Positions 51,303 to 61,256 of a stretch of DNA of 64,000 nucleotides are shown piece after piece (the first letter of the stretch is position 1; each line of letters opens with the position of its first letter). The notes under the pieces were generated by a model. The model had not been told where the DNA came from and ran no database searches. It saw nothing but the letters and a program-made list of their open reading frames with translations. The DNA lies in assembly GCA_011364965.1 (NCBI GenBank), contig RDOB01000003.1, positions 272,939 to 336,938 of the forward strand, read 5' to 3'. A program made the position numbers and the translations under genes. The DNA is from Candidatus Heimdallarchaeota archaeon. Its GTDB lineage: Archaea; Asgardarchaeota; Heimdallarchaeia; Hodarchaeales; Hodarchaeaceae.

Positions 51303-54300
51303 TTATCCTACTAAATTTGTCCAATCGAATCCTTGTTCAATTATCCATGTGCTATTAACATAGAAGTGCATTTTGTACCAACTAGTTAACCCGACAATTT
51401 CATCCACGCAAACTAGGTGTTCATGCGATGTAAACCATTTGTAAGCATCAGGATACTTAATAGCATAAGCAGGAACATCCCAATGGCTAGAATCATTGAT
51501 TATCACCCAAAATTTGATGTTTGGTCTATATCGATAATAGTTCTCCATTCCTGTCGTACTATTAGTTGAAAAAGGTTGATCACCAGTACCAACCACCTCG
51601 TATCCCAAATAGTACCGCATAGCAAATTGTGCTCCAGCCTCAGGGATCACCCAAGTAGAATAATTATAATTCCCACCATGTGTATTGACATATATTGATA
51701 TCTCTTGGAAATGCAAATCAAAGACTTGATTAGTATGAGCTAGGGCTGACACATTTATTAACATAGAAGATAGAACTAAAGTCAATATAATAAGCGCTTG
51801 GGGCTTCACATGGGATCTTAACCAATATAATCCTAATATGAGAAGAATGATACCAATAACTGTCACAACAGGAGCCCCGTGTTCAAAAGTGACTAATATC
51901 CACTGATAATCTAGAGTGATGATTGTTTCCAACAAATCATGGAAAATAGTTGAATAAAGTTTGTATGGGTTATTAAGCCACGATGCAATAAAGAAATAAT
52001 AAGCCAATCCTGTTGATATGATTCCTGGGAATGTTTTTGAAAATTTAAAAGCTATAACCGTGAAGGGAATAATTAAGATCACTGCAACAAAAAAGTAATT
52101 CCCAATGATATAATCTACTTCATTTATGAACGAATGTAAATCTATAGCGCCTGTTTGGAGTTGAGTGATTAATGAGAGGAGTAGCGGGAGTGGTGTTATT
52201 ATATATTGATAGGATACATGGAAATAAAACATCAATCCTGCTAGAAAACGTTCAATAGCATCATTAACAGTCAATCGTAGAGTTTCGTTTGAATAAATGA
52301 ACTCTAATCCCTTAGCACTAACTGCTAAATATGGAATAGCTAGAGGAATGTAATAATAGTTTAATTGGAATTGAGCTGGGAAAAAAACAAATGGAATAGT
52401 AATCAACCAAGCTAGGAAAAGAGAACCTAACGCAGGATTTTTCTTATCCGAAAAATAAAACGCATAAATTCCAATGAGGAAAAAAGGAAGAAATATGATT
52501 AATGTAAAGTCATTTACTGCACTCCCGATACTACTAGCTAGATCATATTTTGTAGCATGAGTATATCGCCAAGAGATATAATATTCAAAGAATAAAAAGG
52601 TGTATGTAACAGGATTCGGCCGCTGTTCATCCAAAGCAAGCTCGCCAGGAACACGAATACTCCAAGGAAATAACCCATTTGCTATATTTGTATCGAGATA
52701 TTGTACCCAAGCTACAAAAGGATAAAAACTTGTAATCAATAATAGAACCATTATTGTAAGAAAAATGAGATTGGATCGAAATCTAGTAGTTTCCTCAGGT
52801 GATCTATAAAAATCATTTAGAGACAATCGTGTTGAAAGGAAATTTTTGATTCGTGGATAGTATGAGACTAAAGGTAATAAGAAACACGAAACTAAAATCC
52901 CAAATAAGGTGATTGAAGCTGAATCACGTTCAAAAAATAACCCAAATAGTAATATTCCTGCAAACCAAATACCAAACCATAACCCTAAAATTCCAAGAGG
53001 AACAATATCCAAAAAGGAAAACACAACACGGAGAAAAGCATCATTCTTTGTAAGAAGGTCAAAAAGACACCCTGAAATAATAAAAACAGTCATTAAAGCA
53101 CAAATAGCTCCAAATAGAACAGATAGTAGCTCGAGTAAGATTAATGCAATAGCTTGATTGGATAATGGCCCTTCAGAGGCTATAAGAATCATTCCTTGTT
53201 CAGTAGCGGTTTGCGCAATAGATAGAATTGAAGCTGCAAGCCTTCCATAGAATATTTTTAACACGAAACTTCCTAAAAAACTGCTTATACCTCCAGCTAA
53301 AATACCAACTAGAATACTTTCTCGATTCAAATCCTTCTTTGAATCAGCTGTAAATTTCAAAAAAATTGAGTAAAATCCATAACTAATTACCAGTGATAAT
53401 ATAAAGCTTGATAATGCTAAACCAGAAATTATAAAAGAGATAATAAAGGAAAAAATTAAGGTAATAAGAGCATTGGGGTTAGAAATGTCATTTTTTAATG
53501 TAATGAAAGGACGAAGGTCTCTTATTATATCAGAGAGTTCATTTAATCGAATATGAGATTCAATATAACGGAAGAACAAGTAAATAGCGATAGCGGGAAA
53601 TGTTAACACTCCTTGCCAAGCTTTGGTTAAAATATTCAAAGTATTAATAAGAACAGTCAAAGAAAGTAGGAAATACCCTTTTTTTCGATTATCTTCCATA
53701 AAAACAGCATCGATAGCTCGAATTCCTATAAGCATCACCAGTGCCGACATAAATGCAACAAAAGGATCAATATAAGCAGTTCGACTATAAAAAGTCAGAA
53801 AGTGAACTAAGGCAACAAGTAAACCACCTACGATTGCTGCACTTTTGTTCTCCCTCTGATGACTAAAAAGTAAATAAGTTATTATTGCTAGACCTGTTCC
53901 ACCTAATATTACAATTCCCTTTGCTGCAAAAGTTGTACGTCCAAAAATATCCATTAATATTGCCCCTCCCCAGAACGCGACAGGAGGTTTATCAAAGAAC
54001 TGAAGTGTCACATTATTTCCAATGTAATATAAAGGTAGTAATGGACTATAATTTCCCTCAGTTAGACGAACCGCTATAGCAGTAAACCATCCCTCATCCC
54101 ACATATCTGTACTTGAAATATAACCAATTTTAACCCAGAAAGCGAGGAATCCTATTAGGATAAGGAATTTACTACTAGAAAAAATGTGGTTTATCCAATC
54201 TAAACTTTTTTTCGACAAGCTAAAAAGGCGCTCTTCGGGAGGACTTATATCGGGGAATATCCTGGGTTTAATTGAACCTAGATAAATTTTTTGGATTATA

Positions 54301-54686
54301 CTCTCCTTATTAAGTCCTTTTAATATCAAGCTGATTAAAAATGCGATCTCAAGGAAAATTAAAACTCCAAAGCCAATATTAATTAATGTTAAAATTAGAT
54401 CGTTCATAGAAACGTTTAATAAGTTTAAAATCTCTACAATCAGTTGAATTAGAGGATTAGAGGTAAATTTTGGCGTATTCAAACTGAAAACAATTGCATC
54501 ATAAAAAACTAACAGTTGAGATAAGAGAAAACCCATCAAAAAAATTGTTCCAAGTAGATACCAGGCATTTTCTTCTAAAAATCCACTGATTTTCTTTCGT
54601 TGAGGATTATTTTTTAGCAGTTGTATTATAGTGCCCTGCCACTGCATTTTCTGGTTCTCGCGCATTTTCTCTGGTTTAATATTCAC
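51303..54686 (-). CDS. Very large ArnT/PMT-type (GT39/83) membrane glycosyltransferase
   Basis: WDEG, FDKPP, SR.A..D, LTK, YY.P..PYLA; many TMs; 1127 aa. Confidence 0.8.
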   Translation of the reverse strand: MNIKPEKMRENQKMQWQGTIIQLLKNNPQRKKISGFLEENAWYLLGTIFLMGFLLSQLLVFYDAIVFSLNTPKFTSNPLIQLIVEILNLLNVSMNDLILTLINIGFGVLIFLEIAFLISLILKGLNKESIIQKIYLGSIKPRIFPDISPPEERLFSLSKKSLDWINHIFSSSKFLILIGFLAFWVKIGYISSTDMWDEGWFTAIAVRLTEGNYSPLLPLYYIGNNVTLQFFDKPPVAFWGGAILMDIFGRTTFAAKGIVILGGTGLAIITYLLFSHQRENKSAAIVGGLLVALVHFLTFYSRTAYIDPFVAFMSALVMLIGIRAIDAVFMEDNRKKGYFLLSLTVLINTLNILTKAWQGVLTFPAIAIYLFFRYIESHIRLNELSDIIRDLRPFITLKNDISNPNALITLIFSFIISFIISGLALSSFILSLVISYGFYSIFLKFTADSKKDLNRESILVGILAGGISSFLGSFVLKIFYGRLAASILSIAQTATEQGMILIASEGPLSNQAIALILLELLSVLFGAICALMTVFIISGCLFDLLTKNDAFLRVVFSFLDIVPLGILGLWFGIWFAGILLFGLFFERDSASITLFGILVSCFLLPLVSYYPRIKNFLSTRLSLNDFYRSPEETTRFRSNLIFLTIMVLLLITSFYPFVAWVQYLDTNIANGLFPWSIRVPGELALDEQRPNPVTYTFLFFEYYISWRYTHATKYDLASSIGSAVNDFTLIIFLPFFLIGIYAFYFSDKKNPALGSLFLAWLITIPFVFFPAQFQLNYYYIPLAIPYLAVSAKGLEFIYSNETLRLTVNDAIERFLAGLMFYFHVSYQYIITPLPLLLSLITQLQTGAIDLHSFINEVDYIIGNYFFVAVILIIPFTVIAFKFSKTFPGIISTGLAYYFFIASWLNNPYKLYSTIFHDLLETIITLDYQWILVTFEHGAPVVTVIGIILLILGLYWLRSHVKPQALIILTLVLSSMLINVSALAHTNQVFDLHFQEISIYVNTHGGNYNYSTWVIPEAGAQFAMRYYLGYEVVGTGDQPFSTNSTTGMENYYRYRPNIKFWVIINDSSHWDVPAYAIKYPDAYKWFTSHEHLVCVDEIVGLTSWYKMHFYVNSTWIIEQGFDWTNLVG

Positions 54687-54891
54687 TCATTTTCACCGAT
54701 AGTATCTTGTTTAGCATATTTTAGGCGTCAGTATATTTCGTTCCAAGCTGTAAAATACTAGCTTTTGTATTCTTTTAGGTTTGACTTATTGATCGTTTGA
54801 AACCCCATGACATTTAAGTCACTTGTGAATTCTCAAATAAATACACGATGGTCACAAGCTGATAAATTAAGCTTCTGACTATTAAGAATCA

Positions 54892-55335
54892 ATGATTTTT
54901 ACATATAATTTAACGGTGAAATATTTGCCTTTTTGGATTTACATGCTTTTAGTTGGACCAAAAACTCAAGGATACAATCGAAGAATATACACAGGTTATA
55001 CCAAATATTTAAGTTCACGGATACTTCAACATTCAGGCATCAGCTCAATTAAAGGAGCAAAAATGACACGAAAGCAACCAATAGAATTTGTTTATGCAGA
55101 GAGTTACCCTACCCAAAAAAAGGCAATGCAAAGAGAAAAACAATTAAAACATATACACCCATATAATAAAAAAGACTACAAACTTAAATTAATAATGCAA
55201 TTCCAAGAAAACAATGATGAGTTTATTAGAAGTATTAATGACAAATTAATTGAGTATTTTAAATTTCAAAAAGATTTTATTCAAGATTTGAAAAATTTAG
55301 AGAGTATTCTCTCTGTCCATCTAGATAATGTTTAG
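54892..55335 (+). CDS. GIY-YIG nuclease (UPF0213/SLX1-like)
   Basis: WIYML...IYTGYT...RI.QH...GAK.TR...A..RE..LK. Confidence 0.88.
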   Translation: MIFTYNLTVKYLPFWIYMLLVGPKTQGYNRRIYTGYTKYLSSRILQHSGISSIKGAKMTRKQPIEFVYAESYPTQKKAMQREKQLKHIHPYNKKDYKLKLIMQFQENNDEFIRSINDKLIEYFKFQKDFIQDLKNLESILSVHLDNV

Positions 55336-55445
55336 ATTTAATTACGAAGGATTTATTTTATTCGTGTCATCCTGACAATAAAGTAATCTTTAAGTAAATT
55401 TGGTTTTACAGAAAATTAGATTGAAGTAGCTCTTGGATGTGATCT

Positions 55446-56897
55446 TTGTACGTGACGTTTGAAATTCTGATTGGAGTTTTTATCCTATTAATACTTAGTA
55501 CTGTAATTCTAATCAGATATTTGGAACTTATCCCAACACTGCTCTTTAGGTTGATAGAGGCCTCTCAAGTAAAACATGGTTATACTTACAGAAATCCAGA
55601 AGAGTTCGGATTAAAAGCAGAACTTTTAGAAACCAAAGTGCAAGACCTTGAGATTCTAATATGGCACCTACCAAGTCCAGATAACCTCGACTCTGCAGTG
55701 ATAATGGTTCCCAACTGGTATCATCCAGCAGACCATGAAAATAATCTTATAACTGCTGGGATAATCCAAACTGCAGGTTACAATGTATTCCTACCGGTTT
55801 TTCATTGGAGTATTGAAGGACAGGTTTATCAGAAGCACAAATACTCACCGAAAACTTACCGAATTATTATTGAAGCACTTTATGATTACGTCTCTGAAAT
55901 GGAGAATATAGATATTCGTAAGATAGGAATTTGGAGTAATGAGTCTGGAGCATATCAAGCCTGTCAATTAACCAAGAATTATCCAATTAAAGCAATTATT
56001 TTGGAGGATGGGCCTGTCAGTTTAACAGAAATATTATACAATTTGCTTTGTGAGCGCGGTGCTTACCTCCCAAAAGTTTTCATTAGATTTGCATTATTTC
56101 CTTTTGTTTGGCGTAGTAGATGGCAACCAAAAAATTGTATCAAGAATATTAGAACTTGTCCTAGTTTTCTTATGATTAACCGCGAAAACTGTAATAGTAA
56201 CGCGCTTAAGAAATTCAATAATTTGTATAAACCTAAACAATTATGGTTTGAACACGCTTTTCTACCAAAAGGAGGGATTAAACAAAATTGGTTTCAAGAA
56301 TATTCAATACAAATACATACTTTCTACGATAAATGGATCCATGAATTACAAAAACCAGAGTTAGATTACGAATTATCGAAAAAGAAGGTGAAAGGAAAAT
56401 ATCAATGCCAGATTCGGATATCTGCTATCCCTCCTCAGATGGATACAATTCCTCTGCAAATTCTTTTAGGATCAAAAAAGGGAAAACTTCATGAAGTTCG
56501 TCTGTGGTTTACTGGAGCTGTAATTCGATTTAATCAGGAACTAGACTTCAATCCTATATATATCTCAATTCTTCGATTTAATAATGTATCAAAATTAGAT
56601 ACAACCAATATTCAATGGGTCAAAAAGGACGCTCATGAGTCCCTGCTTAGTACAATCTCGAATTTAAATTTAATTTCGGTTAACTGGATAAAACCTTATT
56701 TGGATCGATATTTCTTTCTAAAATGCGTTTTACAGAGCGAAAAAGGAGAAAAGGATTCCGCAATTGTAAGTTCAAATTCTATAAAATCACGTTTTTGGAA
56801 GAAGCGCATTAATAAAGATTCTGATACACGCAGGATTTTCATAAAAGATGATAATGTCGTGGAAGTCACGACAGGGTTACCATTTGCTGAATTTTAA
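55446..56897 (+). CDS. Membrane-anchored alpha/beta-hydrolase-fold protein, probably inactive
   Basis: N-terminal TM, 'NPEEFGL', 'AGYNVFL', 'ID.RKIGIWSNESGA' (nucleophile elbow with Glu), 'IKAIILEDG'. Confidence 0.6.
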   Translation: MYVTFEILIGVFILLILSTVILIRYLELIPTLLFRLIEASQVKHGYTYRNPEEFGLKAELLETKVQDLEILIWHLPSPDNLDSAVIMVPNWYHPADHENNLITAGIIQTAGYNVFLPVFHWSIEGQVYQKHKYSPKTYRIIIEALYDYVSEMENIDIRKIGIWSNESGAYQACQLTKNYPIKAIILEDGPVSLTEILYNLLCERGAYLPKVFIRFALFPFVWRSRWQPKNCIKNIRTCPSFLMINRENCNSNALKKFNNLYKPKQLWFEHAFLPKGGIKQNWFQEYSIQIHTFYDKWIHELQKPELDYELSKKKVKGKYQCQIRISAIPPQMDTIPLQILLGSKKGKLHEVRLWFTGAVIRFNQELDFNPIYISILRFNNVSKLDTTNIQWVKKDAHESLLSTISNLNLISVNWIKPYLDRYFFLKCVLQSEKGEKDSAIVSSNSIKSRFWKKRINKDSDTRRIFIKDDNVVEVTTGLPFAEF

Positions 56898-56989
56898 ATG
56901 TATAAACCTCAAATTCATAATTCATAGGTAGACGATCAACTCTAATTTTGGATATTTAAGAGTAACATGGTATCCTAATTAGAACAAAG

Positions 56990-57451
56990 ATGTTGTTAGG
57001 GAATTTCATTCGGGATCCAGAATGGATTAATTATGAAACTTTATTTTTCTTACTTACATTAGGAAAATATGACTCAATTTTTACTTTTAATTCTGACAAT
57101 ATTTTTATCCAAGAGTTCAGTATTTTCATAGAGAACATTAAAAGCAAGCTTGATCATATTGAAGAGATAATTAAGCAGGAAATAAGCAAATTTATTCAAA
57201 AAACTCACCAATACTCTACTGCTAGTGAAACGATGCATATTGAATTTTTACATTATGTTTCTTTACTTGATGGAAGTTTCTTAGGACTGGGATTAAGAAT
57301 GTCTACTGATGACAAATTAATGCGTTTATCTTTTGGTTATACTCCTGAGAGTAGACTTGAAAGAGCCATGTTTTTGTTATCTAGAGGAATTTTACAATCA
57401 AATTATCATTCTATCTCTCAAATTGAATATTCACTACCTATCAAGGTGTAA
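56990..57451 (+). CDS. Hypothetical protein
   Basis: 153-aa ORF in co-oriented run. Confidence 0.55.
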   Translation: MLLGNFIRDPEWINYETLFFLLTLGKYDSIFTFNSDNIFIQEFSIFIENIKSKLDHIEEIIKQEISKFIQKTHQYSTASETMHIEFLHYVSLLDGSFLGLGLRMSTDDKLMRLSFGYTPESRLERAMFLLSRGILQSNYHSISQIEYSLPIKV

Positions 57452-57453
57452 TC

Positions 57454-58164
57454 ATGCAAATAATTACGCCATCTTTACTTAGATCGTACCTGGAGTGCCC
57501 ACGATTTTATTATTTATCGCATATCATGAAATTTAGTTTGGCTCCAAACAAAGAACACTTGGAAGACTCTCAGCTTGCTTTTCAAGTGAATGAACTGCTC
57601 ATCCGAAATTTATCCTTCATAATGGGCATGAATTTTAACAATCCCAATCATTTATTTGACACTGAGATCATGGAGAATCTAACTCAAAAAATTTGTCAAG
57701 CTTTTAGGTTTTTTATCAAGCACTTAACTCATAATCAGAATTTTAGTGAGCGAATTCAATATGCATTTAATAAAATGATCCAAGCCTCTGATAAATTATA
57801 TCAAGGGAGACCATCTGTATTAATTTTCTCTTCTGTTAACTCAGTAGCAATTTTTATACATACTTATAGGAATGAGTACCCTCAGTCCAGAAATTTTGGA
57901 TTCACTCAAGCTTTGATGTATGCTTATATTTTAAAATCTCACAATTATAACCCAGTTGAGTTTATTTATGTAAATTACAAGACTGGTAATTTAATTCATA
58001 AAGAAATCCAAGAAAAACACTTTAGAGAATTAGAAAAGACAACTGAAAGATTTATTCGAAATCTAGAGGAAGAGAAATTCTTACCAATTTATCATTCGCC
58101 ATGTCTATATTGTGAATTTCAAATACTTTGCGAACAAGGAGAGATATTTTATGGATTTGTTTGA
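57454..58164 (+). CDS. Cas4/AddB-like PD-(D/E)xK fold protein with Fe-S cysteines and degenerate catalytic motifs
   Basis: 'ITPS.L..YLECPR', 'Q...YAY.L', 'PCLYCEFQILC'. Confidence 0.7.
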   Translation: MQIITPSLLRSYLECPRFYYLSHIMKFSLAPNKEHLEDSQLAFQVNELLIRNLSFIMGMNFNNPNHLFDTEIMENLTQKICQAFRFFIKHLTHNQNFSERIQYAFNKMIQASDKLYQGRPSVLIFSSVNSVAIFIHTYRNEYPQSRNFGFTQALMYAYILKSHNYNPVEFIYVNYKTGNLIHKEIQEKHFRELEKTTERFIRNLEEEKFLPIYHSPCLYCEFQILCEQGEIFYGFV

Positions 58165-59041
58165 TATTATATACATGGGATTTGTTGATTTCTTAAGTTG
58201 GTACTCCCAAGAAGCCCTGAACGGGGTAAATCTCATCGAGTTCTTTTCTAAGCAGTTTATGATCTATATTCTACTTCAAATTGTTATGTACTTTTTACCT
58301 TTTATCAGAAAGTTCTTGAATGTGATTTGTTTACCTTTCCGCTGGATTCATGTCTATTTGCACGTGTATGAAGCAAAATTAATAATAGAAGAACTCCAAA
58401 AACAAAGAGAAAGTGGTGAAGAGGATGATTCAGGATTTGATCTAGATTCAGGGCAAATTCGTTCGAGTTTAATTTCTGGCCTTGACGTCTCTGATGAAAA
58501 TCCAGGTTTATTAATGGCTTTTAATCAATTAAAACATGCTCAACGTGTTGCCCTTGCGCCGAATAAGTTCGCGATCTTTATGCTAATCAGTTATATCATC
58601 CTTGCTCCCCTCGCTTTTGCCACAGGTGAGGTCTTTACTACCCAAATCGGGTCTTTAGTACATTTATACTTTTTTTTGGGAATTTTTGGAATCATGATGC
58701 CGTCGATGAATGACTGGTACTTTATATTTCATTCATTTCTAATCTCCTCTTTAAACATTAGACCTATTTGGATCTACTTTTCTCTAATTGTTTATATATG
58801 CTTTACAATTGAATTATTTTGGCGAACAGGTAATTTATTCATCGCTATCTTTGTAAGTACGTTTATATTTCTCTTCTACTTGTTTGGAATAGTAATATCT
58901 CATTATTTAGCAGTATCGGGGAAGCTTGGCTCTAAACTTAAGGATACGAAAATATTTTTCATCCCATATACCTCTCAGAAAAATTTTTCTACTGAAGAAA
59001 CTGATATCGAATTTTTAGCGTTAGAGGATCTCGAAATATAA
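58151..59041 (+). CDS. Multi-pass membrane protein, M50/DUF3267-like zinc-protease fold with HExxH altered
   Basis: 'P.RWIHVYLH...AK', 'VALAP', 'MPS..D'; start ATG 58151. Confidence 0.55.
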   Translation: MDLFDIIYMGFVDFLSWYSQEALNGVNLIEFFSKQFMIYILLQIVMYFLPFIRKFLNVICLPFRWIHVYLHVYEAKLIIEELQKQRESGEEDDSGFDLDSGQIRSSLISGLDVSDENPGLLMAFNQLKHAQRVALAPNKFAIFMLISYIILAPLAFATGEVFTTQIGSLVHLYFFLGIFGIMMPSMNDWYFIFHSFLISSLNIRPIWIYFSLIVYICFTIELFWRTGNLFIAIFVSTFIFLFYLFGIVISHYLAVSGKLGSKLKDTKIFFIPYTSQKNFSTEETDIEFLALEDLEI

Positions 59042-59059
59042 ACCAAATAAACTGAGAGA

Positions 59060-59761
59060 TTAATCAAATAATCTAAAGGAATCCTGTCCAAGAGATTGCT
59101 CAAAAAATCTAAGATTGAGTATATGAGAGGAGTTAGTTTTCGAGATTATAAATTCAATTGGCACAAAAGGAGTAATTAAATGCTTACCTGATTGATTCAA
59201 GGGAATAAAAGATGCAGTATCACTTTCAGATGAAATAAAGTTATTTGTCATCATAATCGGGATATGCTTTGATCTCGCTAAAGATTTGAGACTCAATAAG
59301 AAATCGAAAATTTTTCCTTCCCAAATTTTATTCTTTTTATAAAAATACTCAAAAGCATCAACTGGAGCACCAAAAATAGAGTCTATAATGATAAAGTCGA
59401 ATTTTGTATTTAATTCGTTAAAAAAGATCATCAGTTCCAGTAGGGACTTAGGATTGAATAAAGAAATTTGAGCTAGTAAGGATTGGTTTGAAATGGATTT
59501 TTCCAGGACATTTTTTCTTAGGTGACCTTCAAGATTACAATAGAGAACATGAGATTCAGGGAAGTGTTTAAAGAACAGCTTTACACTTCTCAGACAAAAA
59601 TTTGTTTTCCCAACGCCAGAATCTCCGATCACGCCATGGAGGAAACCTGGCAATAACCCGCCAATCGTATCATCAATAATGGAGATGTTTAAAGGTATTG
59701 AATTTTGTTTATTCCATAAATTAATGATATCAGAGACTGAAGTTACTTTTAATGAACTCAA
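59060..59761 (-). CDS. RadB/Rad51-paralog RecA-family ATPase
   Basis: 'IDD.IGGL', GDSGVGKT Walker A, IIIDS Walker B, MTN; no RadA N-terminal HhH domain. Confidence 0.8.
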   Translation of the reverse strand: MSSLKVTSVSDIINLWNKQNSIPLNISIIDDTIGGLLPGFLHGVIGDSGVGKTNFCLRSVKLFFKHFPESHVLYCNLEGHLRKNVLEKSISNQSLLAQISLFNPKSLLELMIFFNELNTKFDFIIIDSIFGAPVDAFEYFYKKNKIWEGKIFDFLLSLKSLARSKHIPIMMTNNFISSESDTASFIPLNQSGKHLITPFVPIEFIISKTNSSHILNLRFFEQSLGQDSFRLFD

Positions 59762-60198
59762 ATGAAATTATCCCCCACTCTAATATTTTTACACATCATT
59801 TCTGAAAATAGTTTTTCATCAGTTATGATAAATATGTTCATGCCTTTAGCTAATTCAGTTATCCCTACATGTTCTTCAGGTAGAATTCTATGGAATTTGG
59901 GAATATGAATGATAAGTGTTTGAAATCCTTGATCTTTTAATAAAAATAATTCAGACACATTGAAAATTTTGCTGAATGTATATAAATCGGGGATCTCTAG
60001 AAAGTATAGTTTTGATAATATTTCAGGTAAATCCTTTAAACACGTTAAAATATAGTATATTGGGATTTCTTGAAACTCAATCCATAATATAGGAGAACGA
60101 ATAAGTGGTAATAACTCTGAGGATAGAATTTTCATTATTGCGTCATTATATCCCCCGATAATAGAGATTAGCTCATTAGTGGCATAAACTGGTGTCAT
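59758..60198 (-). CDS. Hypothetical protein, possible degenerate RecA-fold paralog
   Basis: 'ELISIIGG', 'ILWIE', 'LSKLYF', 'TLIIH' follow RecA-core strand order without Walker A; ATGA overlap with the RadB-like gene. Confidence 0.45.
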   Translation of the reverse strand: MTPVYATNELISIIGGYNDAIMKILSSELLPLIRSPILWIEFQEIPIYYILTCLKDLPEILSKLYFLEIPDLYTFSKIFNVSELFLLKDQGFQTLIIHIPKFHRILPEEHVGITELAKGMNIFIITDEKLFSEMMCKNIRVGDNFI

Positions 60199-60203
60199 AA
60201 AAC

Positions 60204-61256
60204 TTAATCTCCTATGATCTCTGGTTGATCAATTAATTTGTCACCTTTAGCAGCTAATGATTCTTGATATACAAGATAGAATGGAATTCCAAGGAGAAAG
60301 ATGAACATAATTGGAAACATAATCCACTCAGGGATAGGATGATTGCCTAAAATAACTAGGGGGTGGGAAGTAGGTAATAATCTATTAAATACAGAAAATT
60401 CTATCGTAATTAGGATTTCACCTTGGTCAATGTTATAGCTAGGATTTACTATTACATCAAGTTCTAGAACCCCTTCAGCAGGAATACCACCAGAAAAACT
60501 TAGGTTGGCTATATTTCCATTGGAAACAAAATGATTTTCGTTATATATTCTAATATAATCTATATTACTCCCCTTAACCGCAATTCGAGCTATTCCATCA
60601 ATAGAGATATCATTTTGAGGTTTAATAAATACTAAGGTGCTAATCAAGAGCGGTTTCCCAAACAAACCAAAAGAGACCTTATGAATAAGGTAATGACGAG
60701 AAATCGATAAAGGAGATAGTTCAAAAGTCTCTTTTAACTGAGTAGAATTTAATCCAATTATCTCAGATTGAAGAATAGTAAAATCAACATCGGGTTGTCT
60801 CCATGAAATACTATGCTCTAAAATTATGCTAATATTAAGTAAAAATGAATCTGAGATTAGAGATGAATTTAACTTTATTATAAGTGATTGAGGGATATCA
60901 AACTGATAATTTAGTGCTTTTATCAACCCAATTTCCTGGTAAGTAGCAAAAACAGTTCTTTGGGTCGCACCATTCATTTCAGTAGAGATAATGACGCTTT
61001 CTATGGACTCACCATGATTCTGAACAGTCAAATTCAATAATAAATGATTCCACTTCTGATTCATAATACAATATCTTGAAAATGTGGATTTAATTTCTGT
61101 TAAGCGAGTATTTAGTCCAATGTTAACGTACTCGCATTTTAAATCTTTATTAATCAAAGAAGGTGGTAATGAATTGGTTTTGCTGATAACAAGATCATTA
61201 GTGTATAGAAATAGAAGTAAACTAACTATAATAAGGTGGTTTATTGATTGACGCAT
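60204..61256 (-). CDS. Secreted/membrane-anchored beta-rich hypothetical protein
   Basis: Signal peptide, C-terminal TM, N-glycosylation sequons. Confidence 0.65.
   Translation of the reverse strand: MRQSINHLIIVSLLLFLYTNDLVISKTNSLPPSLINKDLKCEYVNIGLNTRLTEIKSTFSRYCIMNQKWNHLLLNLTVQNHGESIESVIISTEMNGATQRTVFATYQEIGLIKALNYQFDIPQSLIIKLNSSLISDSFLLNISIILEHSISWRQPDVDFTILQSEIIGLNSTQLKETFELSPLSISRHYLIHKVSFGLFGKPLLISTLVFIKPQNDISIDGIARIAVKGSNIDYIRIYNENHFVSNGNIANLSFSGGIPAEGVLELDVIVNPSYNIDQGEILITIEFSVFNRLLPTSHPLVILGNHPIPEWIMFPIMFIFLLGIPFYLVYQESLAAKGDKLIDQPEIIGD

Noticed and set aside
54892-55335. GIY-YIG as a homing endonuclease or mobile element
   Set aside because: Short UPF0213-type stand-alone protein; no intron, intein or terminal repeats seen
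57454-58164. CRISPR-Cas locus suggested by the Cas4-like gene
   Set aside because: No repeat-spacer array and no cas1/cas2 or effector genes seen in the window
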